A stretch of 64,000 nt of DNA from NCBI GenBank assembly GCA_003250355.1, contig QKGS01000078.1, forward strand, positions 616-64,615, given 5' to 3'. Positions 8,868 through 19,815 of this stretch are shown in pieces. Numbering within the stretch: the stretch's first letter is position 1; each line of letters begins with the position of its first letter. The translations under genes and the position numbers were made by a program. The notes under the pieces were generated by a model. The model was not told the origin of the DNA, made no database searches, and saw only the letters and a list, made by a program, of their open reading frames with translations. Origin of the DNA: Bacteroidota bacterium. GTDB taxonomy: Bacteria > Bacteroidota > Bacteroidia > Bacteroidales > SZUA-534.

Positions 8868-11417
8868 ATGGCTAAAACTGCAAACAACAAAAAGAAAATA
8901 TTAAAAGCACCGGTATCGAAAGATGAAAGAATAAAACTACTGTTAGGATTGTTTGCAGTGTTTTTTACAATATACTTATTGTTCGGTTTTATCTCATATC
9001 TTTTTACATGGAAAGCCGACCAAAGTAAACTCGATATTTCGGCATTCAAACTCATATTTGATTCTACTATCGAAATAGAAAACTGGGCAGGTAAGCTGGG
9101 CGGAATATTATCACACGTTTTTATTCACAACTGGTTTGGTTTAGCCTCATTTGGCTTTTTGCTAATATTTGCAACATTAGGCTTCCGTTTGCTAGGCTTT
9201 CGCTTTTTACCCATACGAAAAACTTTCAAGTACGTAATAATATACACTATTTGGGTTAGCATAGCATTTGGTTACCTGTTTCACAATTCCGATTTCCTTC
9301 CCGGTGGTGCTCATGGTTACTTTTTAAGTAGTTGGTTCAATGCTTTTGTTGGTAAAATAGGCACGGCATTCCTTTTACTCATTTCTCTGTTTGCAATTCT
9401 TGCATTCTCATTCAACTCATTTATCGATATAGTAAAAAAAGCCATAAAACTAGATTTTACACTTGCATTTCCTGAAAGAAAAAACACTGAAACACAAGAT
9501 ATTGCTGCTGAAAATAATCAGCACATTGAAAATAACCCTACAGAAAAAACAAATACCGATAATTCGGACAACAATAACAACGATGAGTTTTCTGATGACT
9601 CATTTACTTTTAAAGTATACGGTAACGAGTCGGAAACCGAAAATACTGACCATAATTACGAACCGGAACAAGATGATTATGACAACCTTAACGCTTTCGA
9701 CAATCTGGAAACAGTAGAGGTAAAAGTTGTTGAACACCAAACTAAGAATAATAACAGTGAACAAGCATATACTGCAAAACAATATAGTGTATCTGACAAT
9801 AGTAATGCGAATGAACAACATAATAATTCTGATTTTGGTTTTGAAGTTGAAATAAAGGAAAATGAGGAGGACGAAGAATTTTTTGAGTCAATGCCGGTAG
9901 GCGATTACGACCCAACCCTCGATTTGTCGAACTACAAAATGCCCGATATTAATTTCCTTGCCGACCATGATGCAGGAAACACATCGGTTAGCAACGATGA
10001 ACTGAAAGCCAATAAAGATAAAATTGTAGAAACCTTAGCTCACTATAAAATTGAAATTGTAGACATAAAAGCTATAGTTGGCCCCACTATTACACTATAT
10101 GAAATAGTACCTGCTCCCGGTATCCGAATTTCAAAAATTAAAGGTTTAGAAAGCGACATTGCATTAAGTCTTGCCGCATTAGGAATTCGTATTATTGCAC
10201 CTATCCCCGGTAAAAATGCTGTGGGTATTGAAGTTCCCAACCTTAAACCAAAGGTTGTTTCTATGAGGTCGATTATTGCTTCAGCGAAATTTCAAAATTC
10301 AAAATACGAACTCCCATTGGCATTGGGCAAAACCATATCGAATGAAACATTCGTTTTAGATTTAGCAAAAGCTCCTCACTTGCTTGTTGCCGGTGCTACC
10401 GGACAAGGCAAATCGGTTGGGCTTAATGCTATACTTACTTCATTGCTTTACAAAAAACACCCGGCTCAATTGAAAATGGTTCTGGTTGACCCCAAAAAAG
10501 TTGAATTAACCCTTTATCAGAAAATTGAAAAGCACTATCTGGCAATGCTTCCCGATGCCGAGGAATCAATTATAACCGACACTCAAAAAGTTGTTAATAC
10601 TCTCAACTCGCTTTGTGTTGAAATGGATTCACGATACGACCTTCTTAAAGCTGCTCATTGCAGAAATATTAAGGAATACAATGCAAAGTTTATTTCAAGG
10701 AACTTAAACCCGACAAAAGGGCATAAATTTTTACCTTATATTGTTGTTGTTATCGATGAATTTGCCGACTTAATTATGACTGCCGGCAAAGAAGTTGAGC
10801 TCCCTATTGCACGACTTGCTCAGCTTGCCCGAGCTATTGGTATTCATCTTATCATTGCTACTCAAAGGCCTACTACCAATATTATTACCGGATTAATAAA
10901 AGCTAACTTCCCTGCTCGTATTGCATTTAGGGTTACCAGTATGATGGATTCCAGAACTATTCTCGATTCGCCGGGTGCTAATCAGCTTATAGGTAGAGGC
11001 GATATGCTTATTTCGCAAGGCAGCGATGTGGTGCGCTTACAATGTGCATTTGTCGATACTCCGGAAATAGAAGAAATAGTGAAACATATTGAACAGCAAC
11101 AATCGTATCCTTCGGCTTACTATTTACCTGAATATAGCGGCGATGAATCAGGCGACCCTATTGATGTTGACCTTTCAAAGAAAGATGCAATGTTCGACGA
11201 TGCCGCACGTTTAGTTGTTATGAACCAACAGGGCTCTACATCTATGATTCAACGCAAATTCTCAATAGGTTATAACAGGGCAGGTAGAATTATGGATCAG
11301 CTCGAAGCTGCCGGTGTTGTTGGCCCGTTCGAAGGGAGTAAAGCACGACAAGTATTACTCCCCGATGAATATAGTTTAGAACAATTATTAAATAACATGA
11401 ATAATGGAAATTCTTAA
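8868..11417 (+). CDS. ftsK: DNA translocase FtsK/SpoIIIE
   Basis: N-terminal TM segments, an N/D/E-rich low-complexity linker, Walker A GATGQGKS, Walker B VVVIDEFADL, and a C-terminal gamma domain STSMIQRKFSIGYNRAGRIMDQLE. Confidence 0.95.
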   Translation: MAKTANNKKKILKAPVSKDERIKLLLGLFAVFFTIYLLFGFISYLFTWKADQSKLDISAFKLIFDSTIEIENWAGKLGGILSHVFIHNWFGLASFGFLLIFATLGFRLLGFRFLPIRKTFKYVIIYTIWVSIAFGYLFHNSDFLPGGAHGYFLSSWFNAFVGKIGTAFLLLISLFAILAFSFNSFIDIVKKAIKLDFTLAFPERKNTETQDIAAENNQHIENNPTEKTNTDNSDNNNNDEFSDDSFTFKVYGNESETENTDHNYEPEQDDYDNLNAFDNLETVEVKVVEHQTKNNNSEQAYTAKQYSVSDNSNANEQHNNSDFGFEVEIKENEEDEEFFESMPVGDYDPTLDLSNYKMPDINFLADHDAGNTSVSNDELKANKDKIVETLAHYKIEIVDIKAIVGPTITLYEIVPAPGIRISKIKGLESDIALSLAALGIRIIAPIPGKNAVGIEVPNLKPKVVSMRSIIASAKFQNSKYELPLALGKTISNETFVLDLAKAPHLLVAGATGQGKSVGLNAILTSLLYKKHPAQLKMVLVDPKKVELTLYQKIEKHYLAMLPDAEESIITDTQKVVNTLNSLCVEMDSRYDLLKAAHCRNIKEYNAKFISRNLNPTKGHKFLPYIVVVIDEFADLIMTAGKEVELPIARLAQLARAIGIHLIIATQRPTTNIITGLIKANFPARIAFRVTSMMDSRTILDSPGANQLIGRGDMLISQGSDVVRLQCAFVDTPEIEEIVKHIEQQQSYPSAYYLPEYSGDESGDPIDVDLSKKDAMFDDAARLVVMNQQGSTSMIQRKFSIGYNRAGRIMDQLEAAGVVGPFEGSKARQVLLPDEYSLEQLLNNMNNGNS

Positions 11418-12072
11418 AAAAACTCTGACATTTTTATTTATTGCAACGTTTACTTTAACAACATTTGCTCAAGATGAAGCTGAAGCACTTGATATTTTAA
11501 AGAAAACAAGGAACAAAGTAGAAACAAAAAAAATTGTTGAAATATCGTTCAGCTATGTTATTAGTTATGCTGAAACAGAAAAGCCTGAAAAATATGAAGG
11601 AACTTTTTTAGCAAAAGGTAAAAAATTCAAGCTCGAAATTGACAATACTATAACATATTGTAATGGCAAAACCCGCTGGGTTTATTTGCCCGAAAGTAAC
11701 GAGGTAAATATCTCAAATGTAGAAGCATCAGAGGAAATGGAACTGGAAGAACAGTTTATGAACGATCCTTTATCAATATTTCGACTTTATGAAATGGATT
11801 TTAAATATCGCATGACCGGCAATGTCGATTATGAAGGCAAAAACGTTTGGCAAATTGACTTTATGCCAAATGACAAAAACAAACCATACTTTAAAGTACG
11901 CAGTTGGATTAAAGACGATTATGAATTAATGGGTATCCGTTATTTTCAAAAAGATGCAACAATTATTACTATGAATATATTAGATAATAAAGCCGACTCA
12001 AAGCATAAGGAATCAGAATTTGAATTCAATGTTGCCGATTATCCCGATATTGAAATTATTGATTTACGATAA
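11404..12072 (+). CDS. LolA-like outer-membrane lipoprotein carrier family protein
   Basis: Signal peptide present. About 220 aa and immediately downstream of ftsK with a 14-nt overlap, the conserved Bacteroidota ftsK-lolA arrangement. The call rests mainly on synteny and size. Confidence 0.6.
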   Translation: MEILKKTLTFLFIATFTLTTFAQDEAEALDILKKTRNKVETKKIVEISFSYVISYAETEKPEKYEGTFLAKGKKFKLEIDNTITYCNGKTRWVYLPESNEVNISNVEASEEMELEEQFMNDPLSIFRLYEMDFKYRMTGNVDYEGKNVWQIDFMPNDKNKPYFKVRSWIKDDYELMGIRYFQKDATIITMNILDNKADSKHKESEFEFNVADYPDIEIIDLR

Positions 12073-12107
12073 AAAAATAGGGTTTGCTTGGCAAACCCTA
12101 TTTTTTT
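12071..12107. terminator. bidirectional intrinsic terminator between convergent genes
   Basis: A7-tagggtttgc-ttg-gcaaacccta-T7. Confidence 0.8.
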
Positions 12108-12498
12108 ATTGAATTTTACTTATTATATCGGCTATAGCTAATTTCACATTGTCAAATGCATTATCGTCTTTAACAACATAGTTTGTTGCATTTTCTCTTA
12201 CAAAATCGTAAACCAAATTACCATCTTCCTGCCCTGAAAGTATTATAACTTTTGCCTTAGGATTTATATTATGTATTTCCTTTAATACTGTTAGTCCATC
12301 TTTAGCATTGGCGTTTTCACTGTTCAAATAGTAGTCGAGAACAATTACATCGGGGTTAAGGTGCATATGATTTAAACACTCCTCTCCTGTTTGAAATGCA
12401 ATAAGATTATAATCAGGATTATCATTAAGAGATTCTTTTAGCATCTCAAGAAAAATAAAGTCGTCGTCAACCAGTATTATATTGTATTTCCCATCCAT
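12106..12498 (-). CDS. stand-alone response regulator receiver (CheY-like)
   Basis: 130 aa with an ILVDDD acidic pocket, phospho-acceptor VIVLDYYL and KVIILSG. No output domain. Confidence 0.85.
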   Translation of the reverse strand: MDGKYNIILVDDDFIFLEMLKESLNDNPDYNLIAFQTGEECLNHMHLNPDVIVLDYYLNSENANAKDGLTVLKEIHNINPKAKVIILSGQEDGNLVYDFVRENATNYVVKDDNAFDNVKLAIADIISKIQ

Positions 12499-12590
12499 AG
12501 CTTTTTTGTTTTTTGATAAGTTTAGTTATAAAAATAAGAAAAACTTAAGATACTACATTAACAGAATTCACTTTTTAATGTTCAAATATT

Positions 12591-13928
12591 CTATTCCTTT
12601 TCTGTAAAGTCTATAATTTTTTGTTTTAATTCTCTGGGGTTAAATGGCTTAGTTACATATTCATTCATCCCATTTTCCATTGCTGTATGTTTTTCCTGTG
12701 GCAGTGCATGAGCTGTCATACCAATAATAGGTATATTACACTTCGGAGCCGCCATTTTCTTTCTTATATGAATTGTAGCTTCATTGCCATCCATAAGCGG
12801 CATCATTATATCCATTAAAATAATATCGTAGTTGTTTTTCTCGTGCATATCAATAGCTTCCATACCATTTTGTGCTATATCAATGTTAAAATTCATGTTC
12901 CACGAATTAATTGTATCAACTGCAAGCTCCTGATTTATCTCATTATCTTCAACAAGTAGTATGTTTACACGCTTAGTAATGTTAATATTATCAACTGCAT
13001 TATCGGTATTTTTCTTTTTCTTTATAACCATTTCAGGGGGAGCAATTGAGTAAGGAATAGTAAACTTGAATTTTGAACCTTCATTCACTTTACTATCAAC
13101 AGTAATACTACCTTTTTGCAGCTCTATCAATCGTTTTACAATTGCTAACCCCATACCGGTACCTGTTTGGTTTCGTGCTGTATTGCTGCTAATTTGTGCA
13201 AAACTTTCAAATATGTTTGCCAGTTTGGTTTCTTCTATACCTATACCTCTGTCAACAACCCCAATGTTGAGTTCATAAATATCGTTTCTCAAAATACCGT
13301 TAACATTTATAGTAACCTCCTGCCCCGATTCTGAAAACTTTATTGCATTGTTAACCAAATTTGTAAGTATCTGCGAGAGTCGATATGGATCGCCCAACAA
13401 ATGGTCAGGTATCATCGGATCAAGATGCAGTTCTACTGCAATATTCTTCTCTTCGGCTTTATATTTCAATGTTGACATAACTTGTGTTACAACAGTAACC
13501 GGATTATAGCACAATTGTTCTATTACCATTTTCCCGGCTTCTATTTTCGATATGTCAAGCAAATCGTTGATTATAACACCAAGATTTTCGCTTGAAGTTA
13601 AAATATTATGGATATAAGTATTCTTATTATCAGGGTCAAGTTGTTTTTGAAGCAGGTATATATATCCTGTTATGGCATTGAGCGGAGTGCGAATTTCATG
13701 ACTTATATTTGCAAGAAATTCACTTTTATAACCACTAATTTTTTCAGCATGGTTTTTTGCTTCTACAAGCTCGCTATTTGTTTCTTCAAGCTTCTTTCGT
13801 TGTAGCTCATTTTCTTGCTGTTGACGATGAAGCTTAATATTTACTTTTTTCATTTTCAAATAAAAAGAAAGAAGCATTATAAGCGATGCTGCAAATAGTA
13901 TTGTAAGTCCTAATAAAAAAAATAGCAT
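12591..13928 (-). CDS. hybrid sensor histidine kinase (TM, coiled coil, HisKA, HATPase_c, REC)
   Basis: H-box SHEIRTPLNAI, N-box NLVNNAIKF, G-boxes DRGIGI and GTGMGLAI, and a C-terminal REC with IILMDIMMPLMDG. Confidence 0.9.
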   Translation of the reverse strand: MLFFLLGLTILFAASLIMLLSFYLKMKKVNIKLHRQQQENELQRKKLEETNSELVEAKNHAEKISGYKSEFLANISHEIRTPLNAITGYIYLLQKQLDPDNKNTYIHNILTSSENLGVIINDLLDISKIEAGKMVIEQLCYNPVTVVTQVMSTLKYKAEEKNIAVELHLDPMIPDHLLGDPYRLSQILTNLVNNAIKFSESGQEVTINVNGILRNDIYELNIGVVDRGIGIEETKLANIFESFAQISSNTARNQTGTGMGLAIVKRLIELQKGSITVDSKVNEGSKFKFTIPYSIAPPEMVIKKKKNTDNAVDNINITKRVNILLVEDNEINQELAVDTINSWNMNFNIDIAQNGMEAIDMHEKNNYDIILMDIMMPLMDGNEATIHIRKKMAAPKCNIPIIGMTAHALPQEKHTAMENGMNEYVTKPFNPRELKQKIIDFTEKE

Positions 13929-13950
13929 ATCTGTAAGGTTGGTTGTTTAG

Positions 13951-16191
13951 TTAGTTTTTATTTTCGTTTATGAAATCATCAATTTCGTGAATAGCTTTTC
14001 CCCAATATGAATTTATTTCAGCTATTAAGTGTTCTATTTCATATCTTTCTGTCTCTTTTTGGCTTTTTATTTCTATCTCTTTAGCAATATTTTGAATAGG
14101 GTTCATACCCAAATATCCAAGTTTAGGTTTTAGTGCATGAGCTTTGTTTCTGAGTATTTCCCATTCGCTATTTTGGTACGACAAACTTATTTCATCAATT
14201 TCAATTGGGATGCTTTTTCTACACATCTCCACTATTTTAAGAATTTTTGAAACATTAGTATTATAAATTAGTTCTAAACTTGAAGTATTAAAAAGCCTTC
14301 CGTCTTCTATTTTGTAATCAATTGATAGTTCTTTCCTTGAAGTTTTATTCACTATTTCAACAGCTCGTTTTTTGTCCTTTGGTGCATAAAAGGCAATTTT
14401 TGCATAAAGCTCTTCCGGATCAAATGGCTTTGAAATGTAATCGTCCATTCCAACTTTCAGGCAATTGCTCTTCTCATTTTTTAAAGCATGGGCTGTCATG
14501 GCAATTATAGGAGTCTCTTTTTTGGGAGAATCCATTTGTCGTATAAGTTTGGTTGCTTCAATCCCATCCATTATGGGCATTTGAATATCCATAAGTATAA
14601 GGTTATAGCTCTCTTTTTGTATTTTATCTAAAGCAACTTTACCATTCGATGCACTATCTATTTTTATAGTATTATTCCATGCTTTAATAGTATCGTGGGC
14701 AAGTTGTCGGTTTATTTCATTGTCTTCAACTATAAGAATTGAAGTAGCTTCGGTTATTTGCTTTATTGTATTACCCGGCTTATGCTTCACATGAGGTTCG
14801 CTGGTAGGTGTAGCCTTTTTAAGGAGTATATAAAAAGTAAATACAGTCCCCTTCCCTACTTCACTATCAACCGAAATATCGCCACCTAAAAGCTCAATAA
14901 GTTGCTTCACTATTGAAAGCCCCAAACCGGTTCCTCCATAGTTTCGGGTAGTATCACTTTCGGCCTGAGTGAAACTCTTAAATATATCACCTAGCTTATT
15001 CTTTGGTATACCTATTCCATTGTCTTCAACCTTGAATAAAACTTTTATTTTATCGTCAACAGGTTCACCAATAGCAATATATAACTGAATATCACCACCT
15101 TCGGGGGTAAATTTTATTGAGTTTCCTACCAAATTTATTAAAATTTGATTTAGCCTTACCGGGTCACCTATAATAAATTCCGGCACATCGCTTCCAAAAT
15201 CATAACGCAGGTTTATATTCTTTTCCTTTGCCTTAACCGATAATGTATTTACTGTATATTTTATAAAATTTTTAAACTCAAACTCTATTTGTTCAAATGT
15301 CATTTTACCCGACTCTATTTTTGAAAAGTCAAGTATATCATTTATTACAACCAATAAATGATTACTCGATGTTTTTATATTATCGAGATATTTTTTTTGA
15401 GAATCGTTGAGTTTTGAATTAAGTAAAAGATTTGTAAAACCAATAATTGCATTTAATGGAGTTCGTATTTCATGGCTTGTGTTAGCCAAAAAAATCTCTT
15501 TCATGCGACTTCCCTCTTTTATCTCTTTGTTTGCTCTCTCTAAATCGTCGTTTTGCTTATTAATAGTTGTAATAGCAGACTCCAATTCCTCCTTTTGACT
15601 TTCAATCTTGCGTAAAGCTTTTTGCAACATTATATGGTGCTTACTCGATTTTTTAAAAGCCTGTTCCAGCTCACTTTTCTGAGCTTCTATTTCATCTACA
15701 AGTTTTAGCGCAACATTCCTTTGTTCTTCAAGCGACTGTTGTTTCGACAATTCAGAATTGAGTAATTCTGTAAAGCTTGAAATTAGCGAAACCGATGTCA
15801 ATTCACTATTAGTAAAAACAGGTGAGAATATTACTTCATGTCGCTTTGTATACTCACTATTCTTTGTCTCACTAAGTTTTACTGAAATATTCTTTTTTGT
15901 TTTTATGCAAGTGTCAAAATATTTATTGAAGTTTTTCAGCCTTTTATAAGTCGAAATATTATCACCTTCTTTTAATTCTCCGGCAAACGGTTCGTTTTTT
16001 AATGCCTGCGAAAGTGATTGCAAATTACCATTAAGGTCAAAATTATAAATTGAACAATTTTTGCTCACTACATTATCAGGCTCATTAGTTTCTTTATCTA
16101 TTTTTCTTATTTTTTTCAACAAATAAACAGTCCAAATTATGAGGCCAAATATTATAATCAAAAGAATTATCGTTAAGTATATATTGCTCAT
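13951..16191 (-). CDS. hybrid sensor histidine kinase with REC and C-terminal HPt domain
   Basis: TM segment, coiled coil, H-box SHEIRTPLNAI, GTGLGLSI, REC LILMDIQMPIMDG, and an HPt-like AHALKPKLGYLG. Confidence 0.9.
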   Translation of the reverse strand: MSNIYLTIILLIIIFGLIIWTVYLLKKIRKIDKETNEPDNVVSKNCSIYNFDLNGNLQSLSQALKNEPFAGELKEGDNISTYKRLKNFNKYFDTCIKTKKNISVKLSETKNSEYTKRHEVIFSPVFTNSELTSVSLISSFTELLNSELSKQQSLEEQRNVALKLVDEIEAQKSELEQAFKKSSKHHIMLQKALRKIESQKEELESAITTINKQNDDLERANKEIKEGSRMKEIFLANTSHEIRTPLNAIIGFTNLLLNSKLNDSQKKYLDNIKTSSNHLLVVINDILDFSKIESGKMTFEQIEFEFKNFIKYTVNTLSVKAKEKNINLRYDFGSDVPEFIIGDPVRLNQILINLVGNSIKFTPEGGDIQLYIAIGEPVDDKIKVLFKVEDNGIGIPKNKLGDIFKSFTQAESDTTRNYGGTGLGLSIVKQLIELLGGDISVDSEVGKGTVFTFYILLKKATPTSEPHVKHKPGNTIKQITEATSILIVEDNEINRQLAHDTIKAWNNTIKIDSASNGKVALDKIQKESYNLILMDIQMPIMDGIEATKLIRQMDSPKKETPIIAMTAHALKNEKSNCLKVGMDDYISKPFDPEELYAKIAFYAPKDKKRAVEIVNKTSRKELSIDYKIEDGRLFNTSSLELIYNTNVSKILKIVEMCRKSIPIEIDEISLSYQNSEWEILRNKAHALKPKLGYLGMNPIQNIAKEIEIKSQKETERYEIEHLIAEINSYWGKAIHEIDDFINENKN

Positions 16192-16406
16192 GTTATTCTC
16201 AATAATATATTTTATGATTGATATTTAAACAGTTATAATTAAAAATAAAGAAACTCATTGATAATAACTAATATTTAGACTATAACCATTAAACAAAGCT
16301 TAAAAATAGAAAATATTTCAACATAAATACAATAACTATATAGTGATATAATTTCGTTAAAAATAGTATTAAACTATCTTTGTGAACTTATATTTAAAAC
16401 AATAAT

Positions 16407-17009
16407 ATGTTAAAAACAGATTTAGCGAAAGTGAGTTACGGTTTTGGGATAAATATAGCTCAAAATATGAAACAGCAAGGCATTACAGATATTGATGCTC
16501 AGTTATTAGCAAAGGGTATTGAGGATTTTTTGAGTGAATCGGAGCTTGAAGTAGCAGTAAACGATGTTCAAATAATATTGCAAGAATATTTCAGACAATT
16601 ACAAGAAAAACAGTTTGCTAAAAATATTGACGAAGGAAATGCATTTTTAGCTAAAAACTCAAAGCGCAGCGAAGTAGTGGTATTGCCTAGCGGTTTGCAG
16701 TACGAGGTTATAGAACAGGGAACCGGTATTAGACCCAAAGAAACCGATAAAGTTACAACACACTATCATGGAACACTAATAAACGGTACAGTATTCGATA
16801 GTTCAATAGAACGCGGACAACCTGCAACATTTCCTGTAAATGGTGTTATTAAAGGCTGGGTAGAAGCTTTACAATTAATGACAGTTGGTTCAAAATGGAA
16901 GTTATTTGTTCCTAGTGAACTTGCCTATGGAGCAAACCCTCACCCGGGAGGTCCTATTGAACCGCACACTACTCTAATATTTGATATCGAATTAATATCA
17001 GTGAATTAA
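16407..17009 (+). CDS. FKBP-type peptidyl-prolyl cis-trans isomerase (FklB/Mip-like, no signal peptide)
   Basis: VTTHYHGTLINGTVFDSS...GVIKGWVEALQLM...LIFDIELISV FKBP core preceded by an FKBP_N-like helix. Confidence 0.9.
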   Translation: MLKTDLAKVSYGFGINIAQNMKQQGITDIDAQLLAKGIEDFLSESELEVAVNDVQIILQEYFRQLQEKQFAKNIDEGNAFLAKNSKRSEVVVLPSGLQYEVIEQGTGIRPKETDKVTTHYHGTLINGTVFDSSIERGQPATFPVNGVIKGWVEALQLMTVGSKWKLFVPSELAYGANPHPGGPIEPHTTLIFDIELISVN

Positions 17010-17010
17010 T

Positions 17011-18750
17011 ATGCGTCAGTTTTTCAAAAATCAGCTTTTTGCAGTTGTATTATTGCTTATGTGCGGAAATAGTATGGCTCAATTAAAGCTTGACACACTT
17101 CAATGGCGTTCCCCGGTTGGTATTCCAATTAAATTATCGGGGAACTTTGCTGAATTGCGTCCCGATCATTTTCATGCCGGAATAGATATAAAAACAAATG
17201 GAAAGGAAGGTTACAAAATATATGCTGTACAAGACGGTTATATTTCTCGCATTAAAGTATCACCTACAGGATACGGAAAAGCTATATATATAGTTCACCC
17301 CGACGGTTATACATCGGTATATACTCACTTAAGCAGGTTCAATATTCAAATTGAAAAATATGTTCGCAGCGAACAATATAAAAATGAGAGTTTCGATGTT
17401 GATTTATATCCTGCTGTTGAATCAATGAAAGTGTTGAAAGGTGAAGTTATAGGCTTATCGGGTAATTCCGGTTCTTCGGGTGGGCCGCATCTGCATTTTG
17501 AAATAAGAAAAACAGCTACATCGGAACCGTTAAACGGTCTGTTTTTAGGATACGATATTTTAGATAACATTCCACCAAAATTATATCAATTATATGTGTA
17601 TACAGAAACAGAGTATGCAAACCCTAAAGCGAGTATTTACAGCTTAAGAAAAATAAATGGTTCATACACTCCTCATAATGGCGATACTATAAAAGTAAAT
17701 GGCAACTTTGGACTTGGTCTAAAAGTAAATGATTACTTAAATGGTTCGTCGAATAGTTGCGGAGTACATTACATAAAAGTATTTGTTGATGATGAATTAT
17801 ATTTCCACAGCCAGTTCGATAAATTCTCATTTGCTGAAACCCGCTATATTAACAGCCTAATGGACTATAAAGAAGCTGTAGAACTTAAAAGAAAACTACA
17901 TAAACTGTATGTAGAACCCAATAACAAATTATCGGTTTATAAAGAGAAAAAAAACGGCGGTATTATAGTTCCCGAAGATGGCAAAGTAAAACATATTTAT
18001 ATTGAAACTGCCGATGTGGCAGGAAATACTTCAACACTCAAATTTAGCGTACAACTAGACCGAACTATAAAGAGAGTTATTAATTCAAATGGTTATTTGG
18101 TATACTATGATAATAATTTTTCGATTGACACATTATGCCTAAATCTGACCATACCTGATAACTCACTGTATAGCAATTATATAATGGAAATTAGTGTTGA
18201 CACAACAGATAATAGTAATTATTCAAATACTTATAGAATAGGTAATGAAACAGTACCGTTACATAAATATTTCACTTTAACTGTTGATTGCAAAAATGTA
18301 AAACCTGAACTTGAAAATAAATTAGTCTTTGCAAAAAAATATAAAGACAAATTATATTCAGCCGGTGGAATTTATGAAAATGGCAAAATGGTATTAAATA
18401 CCCGAGAGTTTGGAAATTACTTTGTTACTTTAGATACCATACCTCCTACTATTAAACCAATTGGCGATTGGGCTGACAGTAGTGTGATAACTCCTTATTC
18501 TACAATAGCATTTAAAATAGACGATGACTTTTCGGGTATTAAAAGCTATAGTGGCGAAATAAATGGGAAATGGGTATTATTTGAATATGACCCTAAGAAT
18601 AATTATCTATATTACGAAACCGATGAATATTTTCCTGACAACGGAATATTATCTTTAGAGGTTACAATTTCTGACAATAAAGGTAATATGGCAATATATG
18701 CAAAGGAATTTACAGTAAACAGACTTTCTGATTTAAAAAATGAGCAATAG
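17011..18750 (+). CDS. M23-family metallopeptidase
   Basis: Signal peptide; HFHAGIDI and GPHLHFEI zinc-ligand motifs; long C-terminal beta-rich extension. Confidence 0.85.
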   Translation: MRQFFKNQLFAVVLLLMCGNSMAQLKLDTLQWRSPVGIPIKLSGNFAELRPDHFHAGIDIKTNGKEGYKIYAVQDGYISRIKVSPTGYGKAIYIVHPDGYTSVYTHLSRFNIQIEKYVRSEQYKNESFDVDLYPAVESMKVLKGEVIGLSGNSGSSGGPHLHFEIRKTATSEPLNGLFLGYDILDNIPPKLYQLYVYTETEYANPKASIYSLRKINGSYTPHNGDTIKVNGNFGLGLKVNDYLNGSSNSCGVHYIKVFVDDELYFHSQFDKFSFAETRYINSLMDYKEAVELKRKLHKLYVEPNNKLSVYKEKKNGGIIVPEDGKVKHIYIETADVAGNTSTLKFSVQLDRTIKRVINSNGYLVYYDNNFSIDTLCLNLTIPDNSLYSNYIMEISVDTTDNSNYSNTYRIGNETVPLHKYFTLTVDCKNVKPELENKLVFAKKYKDKLYSAGGIYENGKMVLNTREFGNYFVTLDTIPPTIKPIGDWADSSVITPYSTIAFKIDDDFSGIKSYSGEINGKWVLFEYDPKNNYLYYETDEYFPDNGILSLEVTISDNKGNMAIYAKEFTVNRLSDLKNEQ

Positions 18751-19798
18751 GGCTTATAATGCAATAGGAATAATGTCAGGCACATCGCTAGATGGTGTTG
18801 ATATTGTTTTTGCTTCTTTCTGCCAAAATGGAGCAAATTGGAGTTTTAAAATTAATTATGGAGAAACATATTCATATACAAGTAAAATTCTTAATTCGCT
18901 AAAACATTCACAGTATTTATCGGGCATTGAGCTTACTATGCTAAATGTTGAGTACGGTAAGTTTTTAGGTAATTTGGTTAACGAATTTATTAATAAGAAC
19001 AATATAGTTCCCGATTTTATTGCAAGCCATGGTTATACAGTATTTCATGAACCGACAAAGGGCTTTACTTTACAAATAGGTTCAGGAGCAGAAATAGCTG
19101 CCATTACAGGCATTAAAACTATTTGCGATTTCAGAACAACCGATGTAGCACTGAAAGGACAAGGAGCTCCGCTTGTACCAATTGGCGATATGCTTTTATT
19201 TGAAAAATATGTAGCTTGTTTGAATTTGGGTGGTTTCTCAAATATTTCATACGAGCAAAATGGAACAAGAGAAGCTTTTGATATTTGTCCGGTTAATTAT
19301 GTTTTCAATTATTTGGCAGAGAAACTAGATAAAGAGTTTGATAAAGATGGAGAAATTGCTCAGAAAGGAAATGTGTTACCGTTTTTATTTGATAAGTTAA
19401 ACAGTATAGAATACTATTTACAAAAACCACCTAAATCGCTTGGACGAGAGTTTGTTGAAAATAATATTTTTCCCCTTTTTAAAGAAGATTATTATGTACA
19501 AGATATAATGCGAACATATAGTGAACACTCTGCATTACAGATTTCATTAATTATAAATAAATTGGAAAAAGGGGAAGTGTTAGTTACAGGCGGAGGTGCA
19601 TATAATACTTTTTTAATTAAAAAACTTAAAGAGCTAACAAACTCGCAGATTATAATACCAGATAAAGGAACTATTGATTTTAAAGAAGCTCTTTTGTTTG
19701 CTTTTCTTGGTGTATTAAGGTTAGAAAATATACCTAATTGTATTAAAACAGTAACAGGGGCTGAAAGAGATAATATTGGAGGTGCTGTTTATTTATAA
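18740..19798 (+). CDS. anmK: anhydro-N-acetylmuramic acid kinase
   Basis: N-terminal IGIMSGTSLDGVD motif, about 350 aa, and GGGAYN near the C-terminus. Overlaps the M23 gene by 11 nt. Confidence 0.85.
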   Translation: MSNRAYNAIGIMSGTSLDGVDIVFASFCQNGANWSFKINYGETYSYTSKILNSLKHSQYLSGIELTMLNVEYGKFLGNLVNEFINKNNIVPDFIASHGYTVFHEPTKGFTLQIGSGAEIAAITGIKTICDFRTTDVALKGQGAPLVPIGDMLLFEKYVACLNLGGFSNISYEQNGTREAFDICPVNYVFNYLAEKLDKEFDKDGEIAQKGNVLPFLFDKLNSIEYYLQKPPKSLGREFVENNIFPLFKEDYYVQDIMRTYSEHSALQISLIINKLEKGEVLVTGGGAYNTFLIKKLKELTNSQIIIPDKGTIDFKEALLFAFLGVLRLENIPNCIKTVTGAERDNIGGAVYL

Positions 19799-19815
19799 AA
19801 TACCACACTCCCTAT

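Noticed and set aside
9463-9821. Short ORFs on both strands within the ftsK linker
   Set aside because: They fall in the N/D/E-rich low-complexity linker of FtsK, and the FtsK frame is continuous through it.
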